This document shows positions 1 to 12,389 of a stretch of 64,000 nucleotides of DNA, one piece after another (position 1 is the stretch's first letter; each line of letters starts with the position of its first letter). The DNA is from Nemertoderma westbladi. Taxonomy: Eukaryota; Animalia; Xenacoelomorpha. The translations under genes were made by a program, and so were the position numbers. The notes under the pieces are model-generated. The model did not search any database and was not told the origin of the DNA. It worked only from the letters and a program-made list of their open reading frames with translations. The stretch is from the NCBI GenBank assembly GCA_032718475.1, contig JAUCBJ010007962.1, positions 7,400 through 71,399 of the forward strand, in the 5' to 3' direction.

Positions 1-1062
1 ACATGGTAAGGCAAAAAACCCGCAATGCACCAAATGCCTTTACACGGCTTGGCCTTGATGATTCAGATTGCGACATCTAGCAGCTGGTTGCTGGCATGGA
101 AACAGCCATTGGACGCATGGTTCTTTGTTTGGCTTGAGCCAATCAGAGCGATTTCTTCTGTCGACGTGTAGATATTCGGCCGATGATACTAGAAGTGTTC
201 AGTCTTACTGTTTTTGTGATACTGTTGTGTTCCTTCTATCTAGGCCAGGAACACCGGCTCTAGAGTCAATTCGTTTCAGACTTTAGAAGAAACATTAGTA
301 GGCTTAAGATTATAGAGCGTATAACTGTTATCAGTGCAACACGGCACATACATTGTCATATCATATCTTAACCTACCGTCTTAATGCTGTTTACTGTTGT
401 GTTTTGATTGAATATTATTTGGAGAACATTTATAAAGAACCCAAATTTCCCAATTTTCTTGATACACTACAGGTTAGAGAGACGGGTTATATATAGCGAT
501 TGCGACTTATATTATTGTGGTTTGTAGTGAATTTAATGCTATTTGATAAGCACTACATGAGTCCGTTGCTGTTCTCTTTATATATGATAAAATTCATTGA
601 CGGTCGGCAAATTAGTGAGCAGTATTGTGTTTTACCGGTAGTGTGCATGATTGTGACTGATAACTAAGCATTTTCTAAAGAATGCGCCTCATACGTGAAT
701 CATAAGCCTTACCGACTTGCCGTTGTGATTAGTATAAGTCATATCTCTGTTTACCTAGATAGAGCGCCACGTCCTAAAGGAACTGTTAATATTTCCCGAA
801 AGTGAATAATATTAGTCAGAAATTATTTATTAACGATCAATCGAATAATACAATAGGCTTACACTGCAATAATAATCTAAGCCCTCAGAATCCAGTCTCC
901 CGGGTATATCCAGCGGGTGAATGGACGCGCACTAGGCTGGCTTCTGCTATTGTTGTGTTTATTGGTATTAAATATTTGTCAACTTCTAAAGTCTATTTAT
1001 AAACCAAAAGACATATAAATTTTGGCAGGTTAAACTGCTAAAGGTCTTCAAAAGCGCGTACA
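1..1062 (+). repeat. 5' LTR of element 1 (first ~178 bp lie outside the window)
   Basis: Matches 11328-12389 with about 8 substitutions by eye; ends GCGCGTACA; CCAAT near 139 and Inr-like TCAGT near 199. Confidence 0.93.
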
Positions 1063-1104
1063 ATAACAGTTATTGTCTTTATTGCAGTAAGCAATAAAGT
1101 TGAA

Positions 1105-1260
1105 AGTACCGGTCGACCGGTAAACCTGAACCGGTACTTCTGTAGGTCAGTAGGCCCAACTGCCAGAACCGGTACTGCCGTAGGTCCGTAGGTCCAACTG
1201 CCAGAACCGGTACTTCTGTAGGTCCGTAGGCCCAACTGTCCTAACCGGTACTTCCAGTAT
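1105..1260 (+). repeat. Short tandem repeats (~30-40 bp, CCGGTACTTCTGTAGGTC.GTAGGCCCAACTG) in the element 1 leader
   Basis: About 4 imperfect units visible. Confidence 0.8.
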
Positions 1261-1483
1261 AAGTACATTAGTATTATTCGATTTTGATTATTGTATACCG
1301 GTAGGTCTTAGTATTTAATCAGGGACTGCAGCCCTGGTTCTTTATTGAGATTTTACCTATTTCTGTCGGTTTTATTTACATGTAAGTTAATATTGAGCTG
1401 AAGACGTGTAAGTCTGCTCAGATTGTTCAGATAATTGTAGGCCGGACTGTTGTTAGATTGTTGTTGGGTTTGGAGAGATTACG

Positions 1484-1931
1484 GCGTGTGTAGAGTTTGT
1501 CCGATAGAGTGCCAGTTAGTAAGTTGGGGCAGCCATAGCTGTAAGGTCAATCCCCTCTTAAAGAATAAGTCGTACTACCGTGTTAGAACGCATACTAACT
1601 AACCATTTTGGAATCTGCACATACTGTAGTTTATTTAGGCTTGACAGTATTCTGCCAACGTTTTGGCCTGTGTTTGTTTGTGTGGTCTGTTCAGGTACCG
1701 TAATAGTTATTACTCAGATATTTTGTAGGCTGGATTGTTGTCTAGCTATTATTAGGTCTGAAGAGATTGCTGCGTGTGTAGAGTTTGTCCGATAGAGTGC
1801 CAGTTAGTAAGTTGGGGCAGCCATAGCTGTAAGGTCAATCCCCTCTTAAAGAATAAGTCGTACTACCGTGTTAGAACGCATACTAACTAACCATTTTGGA
1901 ATCTACACATACTGTAGTTTATTTAGGCTTG
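1484..1931 (+). repeat. ~160-bp direct repeat (offset 289) in the 2.2-kb leader of element 1
   Basis: GCGTGTGTAGAGTTTGTCCG...TTTAGGCTTG occurs twice, nearly identical. Confidence 0.9.
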
Positions 1932-3299
1932 GTGGTAGTCTGCCAGCGTTTGGTTTGTATTTTGTTTGAGTATTCTGTACGGGTAGCGTAATATTTATTA
2001 TTCAGAGTTTATGCGATTATTCGCAACATTCATGTCCCCAAGTTTATTCCTACAGTAATTGTGTTTGTTACACATACCGTTATAGTTAAATTAACCCCGG
2101 TACTACACGAGCTGCTTGGCGTAGGAAAAGACTGGTGACTTTGTGCTTCGGTCACTCCAGCAGATGCCGTGGTTCTTTTAACTGTTCAAGTATATTTAAC
2201 TACTGATTATTTGTTGTACCAGTACTTGTACCTAATTTAGGGTTTAGTGTACAGTGCTTTCCGAGGTAATTAGTGTGTAGGCAGTATATTTGTGTTGTAA
2301 AGTGGTTAATAGGCACGCTGGATCTGGTAGTCCGCGGTAATTAACTTCTAGGTAGGAACACTCCGTGATACATAACGTAGTACCTATAGCGATACGGTTA
2401 TAGGTCGTCAGGCGGTGGTATTTTCCTATCTGGACAACGCAGTGTATTTACTACTACTTATTATTTTCAAATACCGTAGTACCCTGTCCGTTGTAATAAC
2501 CAGAATTCTAACCCTTTGTTAGGCTGGTTTGTAGACTTCCTGTAAAATTACCCTAAAATTTCGTACGTAATATTTTTGTTGTGTTTAATTAGAGATTTAA
2601 TCTCACCCGTATCGTAAGTAATTTGTAGTATTAAGTAACTTAGGTAAATTAGAATTATCTGTTTTAGTGTCCCATAGGTAGCACTTCACTGAGAGCGCAC
2701 AGCTTCTGTGTAGTGACTCCCCCAGAAATAATAACATTATTATTTCAAATATTGACAAAACCCCTTTTAAACGGGTATATATCTATTATAAATCAACTCA
2801 AACGATTTATAAATAGTAGGCCTGCCATACAACAACTAGGTCTCAAAATCAGTTGGACTACTGCTTAAATAACGGTAACAAAGTAAGTTAAAGTAACCAA
2901 GTAACCCTAAAATATTCAGAAATTCAATTATTCTAAATTAATTGACATACCGGTATTTACCATAGGCTTCTTATATTTATTTCTATAAATTTGAGCTGAA
3001 ATCATACCGGTACTCTGTAATTAATTCTAGTCCATAATTATACTTATATATACTATCAGTGTAAGCTGTATACCGGTATTCACGATAGGCCTATTATATA
3101 TTTATATATATTTGTGCTAAAATTAGATACCGGTACTCTGTGACAAACCTAGTTTACAATACTTATATATACTATAAGTGTATACCGGTATTCTAATATA
3201 CTGTAATAAATTAACGGTACTAGGCCAACGGTCATACTGAATTACTAGACTTGCTTTAACTGAAACTATAGCAGTAGACATTCAACTGTATAGCTAAAC

Positions 3300-6200
3300 A
3301 TGTCTGACACTCAGCAAAACCTGTCAGACAGTCTAATCGATACAACCATCTGTGACACAGATAGGAGTGTGGAGCGATTAAGAAAGGAGTTCAGCTCACC
3401 TCCTACTGAAAGAAAGGTCATCCCTCCAGTAGTAGTATCAGACCCTAAGCTAATCCAACACCGTAGGTCTATCATCGGCACTCGGGCCCAAGTCAAACGG
3501 AACCAGGAAGCAGCTGTCCCACAGCAGCAACAGCCTAGTCAAGAAACTTGTTCCCAGCGATCCGATAGCTCCAGTAGTTCGGATACTGTCGAGCTGACCC
3601 CCGAACGCGGATTGCAGATGGCGGCTACAGCCTACTCGGATCCCCTTCTCACCCTTCCTGCCGCAGTGCTAACTACTATATTGATTGCGGTGGAGGAACA
3701 TCAAGCTGATTGGGCGAGAAGTAAGCGAGCGACCCAAGATAATTATGCGGGATACGCCAGGGAAGAATTGATGTCTATTGTCGAGTCACAATGGAACTTT
3801 CCCGGACCCGGACTCCCGTTAGATTTGTCCGAGGCTACTTGGGAGGATATATACAGGATGGGAGTGACTAAAGATACAATGGACCCAGCTGTTTGGAAGA
3901 GGTCGGCAGCAGGATATGTGCAGGGATTCTTCGGCTCCTTGGAGCAATTGGAAGAACAACTGTTTCGACAACCCCTAGGACCTCAAGAGCAGGAAGAGCT
4001 GCTATATCAAGTACGCGAAAGAACCCTGCGCATTAGACTAATCCTATCAGCCTTTGAGGAAACTTCCAAAAGAAGACAGGACACGTCGCTGCAGGTTGCT
4101 GTCAAAACTTGGTTCCAGCGGGTAGGTCTCAAAGTACAAGAAACGGACCAGTGGAAATCCCAGCTGTCTGAGAGACTAACCTATGAAGAACCAACCGATG
4201 CCACCCTTTCTCAAGTGGAAGGCGAAGAGACCGCAGAGAGACCACGAACGAGAGACGCCATCGACATATATCTGTCCGACTATCAGCGATTCCTAGGAGA
4301 CGAAGAGTTGAGGAGACGGCTGTCTGGACTTTCCCCTAATAGTGAAGGAACCCAGCGTGTGTTAGACTCAATCGATGCTGAAATGTTAGCTGCTAACCAA
4401 GCTGAGTTTGATGAAAAACTCCGCCTCACTAGAGTCCAAGAAGAACTAGTAAAGAAAAAAAGGATAGAGGACCGAAAGGCAGCTGCAGTAACAGCGGCAA
4501 TGGCCGAAGTGGAAGCAGAAAGAAAGGCAGCGGCGGCAGAAGTAGAAGCAGAAAGAAAGGCAGCGGCGGCAGAAGTAGAAGCAGAAAGAAAGGCAGCGGC
4601 GGCAGAAGCAGAAGCAGAAAGAAAGGCAGCGGCGGCAGAAGCCGAAGCAGAAAGAAAAGCGACTGTGGCAGCAGCAAAGGCAGTGGCAGAAGCAGAACAG
4701 AGGGCGTCTGAAGAGACCACACAACTGGAGTTGGAAAATCTTCAAGAGACGCAAGATTGCATAAATAAACAGTTAACTGCTAGTCAAATGCAGATGAGGA
4801 GTCGATCTACTCCCAAACGCCAGGGATACACCTCATCAGAGGAAAGCGAAACCACCGATCCTGAAGGCGGAGGAAATAGATCTCGTCTAAGCAGGCGTAG
4901 AAAAACATCTCACCATCACAAATTGCCTGATTTGCCCCCAGCGGTTAGAAGACAACTAGCTAGCCCAGACTTAGGTAGTATAGAACCTACAGACCAAATT
5001 ATTAAGGTCAAAAGACTCCCTACAATAGTCGATGAGCCTGAAATAATTGGGCCTGTCGTTCCCAAAGCCACTACTGTGCTAGAGACCCCTGTACTTCCAG
5101 AGCTTAACTCTAAATTCCCTTTACACAGGACTACACTGCCTGTACCCGGTAGAACAGTCCATGAGAATATCCCTGTCCTGGAAGCTGAGAGAGAAATCAA
5201 AGATTTGTCTCCCGTCGTCCCGCGTCAGCCCGCTACAATGTTGGCGACTCCCGCTTCGGCGGTCGAGTGGGTAGAGGAGGGACGGCGGGGGATGAATCTC
5301 CTGCTCGGACAGATGCAGGAGACTGTCCACCAGCTTAAGGGAACAGTAAGGGAAGGTAGGGCAGAATTGCAAGAAGTGCAGCAAAGTATCGCACTGGAAC
5401 GCGACAAATTAGTCAATATACAAAAGGGCATACCAATACCCCCTGTAACATTGTGTCAACCTGTTAGGTCTGAAGTATTACATGCGCAAGGTGTGGAGCC
5501 TACATGCATCTATACTGCTAGTGAAGTGGAAACTCCTATAGCAAACCCTATTAAGGGTGATTATAGACCTGTTGTTAATGATATTCCCTATAGACCTGAT
5601 AATGATCCGAGAAATTTATATACCGATAATTCGATATTAAATAACACGATGGCCCAAGAAAGCTTTACGCGTCAGATGGCTAGAACAGAAGCCCGCCAAG
5701 CGGTCAAAGTGGGAGAGATCGTCAAATTCAATGGAGATGAGATGAAATGGTTACCTTTCAACGAATATTACAAAGACAGCATACAGAACTCTGTGCTATC
5801 TAACGGAGAGAAACTTAGGTTCCTCATCAAGTGCTTGGAAGGACCTCCCAAGTTAATGGCGTTAAAGTTTATTGGACATCCAGAAGGATTATGACAAGTT
5901 TGGGATACATTAAACATCAGGTATGGTAACAAGGATAACATAGCTAAGTATTTGTATGCAAAATTAGTAGCCCCCCGAAACTTCCTTAGTAGCGGTATTA
6001 TAGAGTTTTCCGATGAGATTCAGGAGATCTGTAGACAATTGGACTGGTTAGGTAAGTCTCATGAATATCAGAGTTCCATGGTTATTGGAGCAGTAGTCTC
6101 TACTTTACCAAAGGGTGGAGTATGTACACGTTGGGACAAGAAAGTGTTGTATATGAATGAGCAGCAACGACGAAGCCCTACCATGGCTGATCTCATGTCC

Positions 6201-7991
6201 TTCTTAGATAGTGAAGTAAAATTACAACTCATAAAGCAGTCCAGAGAGAAAACATCGGAAAATAAGGTAAGTGAGAAACCCGTTTCTAGGAGAAGGATAA
6301 TACCAGTGTGTTATACTGACGACGGCGAAAGCCAAGCTTCTCAAGAAGAGGACAGCGGGAAAGACACAGCAAAATCTTACTATGACAACAAGACCTATAA
6401 AGACGTAAGTAAATACAAGTCTCGAACCAGTGACAGGAGAGAACAGGTAACAACAACTCCTCCTACGTCTCCTAAGAGAATTTACGGAAGAAAGCCCGAA
6501 GAAAGAACGAGAGTGCATAACGTTACCCAAGGTAAGGTGAGTAACATCAAACCAAAATGTGCGCTGTGCGACGGGCCCCACCGTTTGAGTGCGTGTGCTG
6601 AATTTCTGAAGAAATCCCTTGTAGACAGACGTACAGTCCTGTGGAATAAGCGGTTATGCTATAATTGCCTCAGATCAGGACACCAACGGCGAACCTGTTA
6701 CTCCGACGTAAAGTGTGCAAAGTGTGGCGCGAAACATCACATCTTGTTACACAGTGAGTTCGAACGAAACAACCCGAGTCAGGTAAGTGAGCCCGAACTA
6801 CATGTCCAATTCAGTGATGTAAATGACACTGATCAAGAGTCTGAGATGGAAGGATTCTATACTGACGAATTCTCCGACGCCAACGAATCCTGTTACCTAA
6901 TAAATACCTCAGTGTATCGAGCACTTACTTATGAAAAGGACACCGACAATGAGTTCCCCCCAACTACTTTTGCCAGACAACCATCTTGGAAAGCTCCAAC
7001 TTCCAATGTAGGAATCAGAGAATTTCCTGTAGTGCAGGTAAGAGTTCATGGTCCTAACAAAAGTTACATAGTGAACGCCCTCCTTGACTCCGGCAGCACA
7101 GGAAAATTCATCGATCAAGAACTAGCCGAAGATATCTTTGCTGGACAACCCAAATTCCGGACTAAATTGAATATGTCAGGAATTATGCAGGTTTGGAAAT
7201 CTACCCTAACGGCAGACTACTATGTAGGTGTGTTGTCCACCCCCCAGGATAAATTAGGAGCACAAGGTATAAGGTCGGTAAAAATGGTGGCTATAAAGAA
7301 CTTCGCTACTACCCAAGCAGACCTTTATAATTGGGACGAGGATGAGAGCATCCAACATCTTAAGATACCTCGATTCCAGACAGATTATCCTGGAGTGCAA
7401 ATACTCATCGGCCAAAACGCGCATGAGGCGCTCGAGACATTGGAGAAACGGCCTACTCAACCGCAGCCACTACAAACCTATGCGGTAAGAACTAGAGTAG
7501 GTTGGTACTTCACTGGCCCTTCCCGTAGAACTCTCAAAGAGAGATTACCTCAACAACAGGTATACCAAGTAAAGGAATGGGAAGTGGAGAGCAGTGATGT
7601 GGACGATCCAACTGAGGGAACACCATACTCCTCAGATAATGACGATATTAACTCCAATGTAGATCAATGGAGACATTGTCTTGGGACGATTAATCCAGCC
7701 GACATCGCTTCCAGAGGAGCAACTCCTCAAGAACTGATAGATAATCCAGGCTGGTTAGGTGGATCCTACTTCTTAAGTAAAGAAGAAGGAGAATGGCCTC
7801 CTCATCTTACCCCGGTGAAGATTAGACAGGCCAAGGGAGCGGAGAAAGTAACACAACAACTAAATCGCCCAGCTAGTCGTTTATGTTTACTGGAAAGAGA
7901 CCGAAAACTGTCCGGAAACTATGGAAGGCAAGATACTCTTCCTACGACCACTTCCCTAATCCGACAAATATCTAGGGACTCCATAACGTAA
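3300..7991 (+). pseudogene. gag: Element 1 Gag-protease polyprotein fused in frame to an RNase H C-terminal remnant; one in-frame TGA at 5892
   Basis: ORFs 3300-5894 and 5952-7991 share a frame; DUF1759-like KFNGDEMKWLPF; BEL knuckles CALCDGPH..C, CYNCLRSGH..C, CAKCGAKHH; protease ALLDSGS; then directly QWRHCLGTINPADIASRG; 11-aa AEAERKAAA repeat at ~4500-4670. Confidence 0.9.
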
Positions 7992-9622
7992 TAACATATG
8001 GAGTGGGCGTGTGACTATATCATTTTATATTTGTTTTTATTTTATATTTATGTATGTATTATTATGTAATTTTATTATAATCGTTTCCTTTAATTTTATT
8101 TAGTAGAATGTTATTTTAGTGATTATTTAGTAAATTAGTGCAATATATTAGTGTTTATTACGTACGTAATTACTTATAATATATATTTAGTGCGACGGCG
8201 AGAAAATAATTATTTTTCTATTTCCTTACTGTCCGTATCATATTATAAATAGGTGACTACAGTAAGATGAAATGTCCGTACTTATTAAAGTACAATAAAG
8301 CCACTACTATATTCAAGTATTATTGGTAGGCAGAGTATTAGGAATGCAAAGTTCAGATCCTCGTGTCTCGGCTAAACCAAGCTCTAGGTAGACCTTGGAA
8401 ACGACTTGCCTCTTCACACTGACATTGCTTCGTGCGATATTGCTCTTCTACCTTATATTAAATAATACATATAGTAGCGTGATGTCCCTATAACAGTAGC
8501 GTAAAACGCAAATAAATCTGTTAAACTTTTTGACCATCTGTAATTCTAGTCGATTAAGATATCGTGGCACCCACCGATATACTTGAAAGACAAATTCTAG
8601 AATCAGTGGTTAACGTCCCCAGACAAGTTCTGGAATAAATCGGTGCCTATCTTAAATATTAATTTAATATTTATTAAAATCTGTAAAATTCAGATCCTTT
8701 AAAATTTCTAGTCAATTAAGATATCGCAGCACTTACCGATACTCTTAAAAGACAATTTTCATAGAATTAAGGATCCTATGTCCCCAGACCTGCTCTGGAA
8801 TCAAATTGTGTCAATTTTAACATCAAATAATAAAATTCACGGGAATAAATTTAAATTCATATTTTAAATGAATTTCATAAATTGTCATTTTGTGCAATTT
8901 ATAACATTCCCAAAATTCCATTAATTAATAGATCATGGGAGCGGAGATTCATCCTATTGAGTGTATTAGAGTGCGAGAATCTCCAACATATAGTCAATAG
9001 CCGATAAAATTAATAAAATCATGCATAAAGAGGATATTGACAATTAAAGAATTATTATTAAATAGCATCCCAGATCTGTATGCATGAGAATTACCCTAAT
9101 TCTACCGCTAGCATTCCATAATGTCACCATAGCAACACCCACGCTAGAATCAGAAGCAAGTTAAGAGAACAATAGAAAGCTTGTCCCATTGCATAGCATA
9201 GAGAATACATAGCACACTGTTAGTATCCAAGGATACACAGTAATAACGTGACATTCTGGAATGCACTGACTAACGGACAAATGGCCTGTATGTGTACAAT
9301 TGGTGACAGTTGTGTGGAATTTGTGCGTTTATAGGTGAATGTTACTGCTAAAGTATGTTTACAGTAGCTAGTCGCAATTGTGAAAGTAGCCCAACTCTCC
9401 TATAGAAAGAACCTCAAGTGGATTCAAGCCTTTGGGACGGACAGTGGAGTGACTTGTGCCGGTTATCGTTGTCGTGCTGTTGCTACATGTTGGCGTAAAT
9501 ACCGCGACGACAGTACATCGGCGCTGAGAATCCCACTGTCCGGGGGCAAAGAGAGGTAGGCAGCGACGCCCGCTCGCCTAAACATAAACTCATTACAATA
9601 TTAATAAACTCAGATAGCAGAT

Positions 9623-11071
9623 ATGACGGAGTTGATAGAAGATGATCTTGGTATCAGGGAGCGATATACTCTACCTTTACAAGCATTTGTGGATAGCTTG
9701 ATACGCGATGAAGCCGATCCAACCATTACGGAGGACGATGGTCGTTATATCGAACCGCCGATGTCCCAAGAGCAACTTACGCGTGAATTGGACTATCGAA
9801 AATTCACCGCTCGCTATACGCATCGTAATGGTACATATATGGACTTCCTAACTACCGGCCATCCTATCGATTTACATGATACGGACGATGTAGACACCGA
9901 AAGGGAAATGGTTCTATTTAAATATCATACCCAGCGGAGTCGTAACGATAAACCGAAAATAGATCACGAAAATTCTATTCGTAACAGACTGGGAAGACGA
10001 ACCAATATGCCTAGAATCTGAGGAGATTCAGCCTATCGCGCCCGGAACAGCGACAACGATTACATCCTAGAATGGTATCAAGGTCCACAGTGTCTCACTG
10101 CGTACGATTATCGCCATGCCAACTATGTTTCTCGGCAACGTTGTCGGTTATGCGCATCGAGAGACCATGTTACGCCCATGGACACAAACGTCCGCTGTTC
10201 CTATTTCCACGAACAACCGGCGATGGAAATTTATTGCGCGTATTGCAGACTCAATAACTTGCACATTTTTGCGGTTTGCCCTCAATTTATGACTCAATGG
10301 CACCATGGTCAACTAAAGGGACGCGCCAGTTTCGATTGCCCTTTTTAATCACGATTTGGAAAGCGTAGATGAAATGATCACACTACGTTACATCAGAGCT
10401 TGGGAAGCGAACGCTGATTTACATTGTGATTCGCGCCATCGTTATTATCCTGGACGCGCTTACGAAGGAGTTTATGCGTTCCATCCTTATCTATTCGCTT
10501 CTGTCGAACAGAAATCACGCATATCGAGTTACGAACTACTGAAGTGCGTCGGAGAATGTATTTCAACCAAGTTCGTACGCAAATTCTCAGGAGTGTTAAT
10601 CCCAGCGACCTTCATTCCTATAGCTTAATCAATTATATCCGTCAGGACCCGGACTATGGAGACTTATTTGTTAACTCACACCCCGAGTTACAGGAAGTAT
10701 ATCGACGGCCTTATGAATACCGAGCCTGCGAACGCGAGTTGGAAAGAACCATTAAACCCCGGAGGTTTCTAACTGCCTATGGTCCACCCACGGCTCTCGT
10801 TCAGACCACTCGTAAAGGACCCGTAAGAGCGGCTGTCTTGAAACGAGCTCTCAAAGCCGTTAGACCCCTCTCCCCCGACGTTGATGTCAATCAACCCGGT
10901 ACTTCGACTGGCGGATACACCGACCATAATCCTACACCCTCTGATGCAATCATATTGCACCCTTCACCCAGGAGTTATAGCCCTCCTTGTAAAGTGGCTC
11001 GCCCCAAAGAGAAAAGGACTCTGGCTAGCTTTAAAAAACTGCGTAAACGCCGTCCGCGCAAGAAAGACTAA
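9623..11071 (+). pseudogene. Element 1 accessory ORF2: degenerate triple CCHC zinc-knuckle protein with basic C-terminal tail
   Basis: Reading through TGA 10019 gives RCRLCASRDH..C, CAYC..LHIFAVC, WHHGQLKGRASFDC; after a frameshift WEANADLH; ends KKLRKRRPRKKD; aligns by eye with element 2 ORF2. Confidence 0.75.
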
Positions 11072-11149
11072 CTGTTTAGAGTATTTACGTATATTAGAAA
11101 CTGTGATTTTGTATATTTTATAGACTCAAATCCCATTTTCTGGGAGCGG

Positions 11150-12389
11150 TGTAAAAGCTTCTGTGGGATATAACTGGCCCCTTTGCTTCGCAATCCAGTT
11201 TCTCCCCAGGCGCTGGAATACTCTAAAAGGTTCTCTAACTGTATATATATTCCCCTCGCCCGCAAGGTACCATTACAGGTATTTTAACGGACATAAAAGT
11301 CATTCTTCTATATACGTGCTTTGGCGGACATGGTAAGGCAAAAAACCCGCAATGCACCAAATGCCTTTACACGGCTTGGCCTTGATGATTCAGATTGCGA
11401 CATCTAGCAGCTGGTTGCTGGCATGGAAACAGCCATTGGACGCATGGTTCTTTGTTTGGCTTGAGCCAATCAGAGCGATTTCTTCTGTCGACGTGTAGAT
11501 ATTCGGCCGATGATACTAGGAGTGTTCAGTCTTACTGTTTTTGTGATACTGTTGTGTTCCTTCTATCTAGGCCAGGAACACCGGCTCTAGAGTCAATTCG
11601 TTTCAGACTTTAGAAGAAACATTAGTAGGCTTAAGATTATAGAGCATATAACTGTTATCAGTGCAACACGGCACATACATTGTCATATCATATCTTAACC
11701 TACCGTCTTAATGCTGTTTACTGTTGTGTTTTGATTGAATATTATTTGGAGAACATTTATAAAGAACCCAAATTTCCCAATTTTCTTGATACACTACAGG
11801 TTAGAGAGATGGGTTATATATAGCGATTGCGACTTATATTATTGTGGTTTGTAGTGAATTTAATGCTATTTGATAAGCACTACATGAGTCCGTTGCTGTT
11901 CTCTTTATATATGATAAAATTCATTGACGGTCGGCAAATTAGTGAGCAGTATTATGTTTTACCGGTAGTGTGCATGATTGTGACTGATAACTAAGCATTT
12001 TCTAAAGAATGCGCCTCATACGTGAATCATAAGCCTTACCGACTTGCCGTTGTGATTAGTATAAGTCATATCTCTGTTTACCTAGATAGAGCGCCACGTC
12101 CTAAAGGAACTGTTAATATTTCCCGAAAGTGAATAATATTAGTCAGAAATTATTTATTAACGATCAATCGAATAATACAATAGGCTTACACTGCAATAAT
12201 AATCTAAGCCCTCAGAATCCAGTCTCCCGGGTATATCCAGCAGGTGAATGGACGCGCACTAGGCTGGCTTCTGCTAATGTTGTGTTTATTGGTATTAAAT
12301 ATTTGTCAACTTCTAAAGTCTATTTATAAACCAAAAGACATATAAATTTTGGCATGTTAAACTGCTAAAGGTCTTCAAAAGCGCATACA
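11150..12389 (+). repeat. 3' LTR of element 1 (1240 bp, TGTA...TACA)
   Basis: Preceded by purine-rich GGGAGCGG; matching inverted tetranucleotide ends; repeat of 1-1062. Confidence 0.92.

Larger units (their letters stand above)
1..12389 (+). mobile_element. BEL/Pao LTR retrotransposon 'element 1', non-autonomous (RT and integrase deleted); 5' LTR cut by the window edge
   Basis: Direct repeat 1-1062 = 11328-12389 (offset 11327); BEL-type gag/protease motifs inside; sequence after 12389 resumes mid-gag of element 2. Confidence 0.93.

Noticed and set aside
1023-1040. TGGCAG as a tRNA-Leu PBS for element 1
   Set aside because: Only about 6 nt match, it lies inside the duplicated LTR and it is mutated in the other copy
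5892-5894. Programmed stop read-through in gag
   Set aside because: The TGA falls inside the DUF1759-like domain; BEL gag-pol is normally one ORF and similar TGA lesions are scattered nearby
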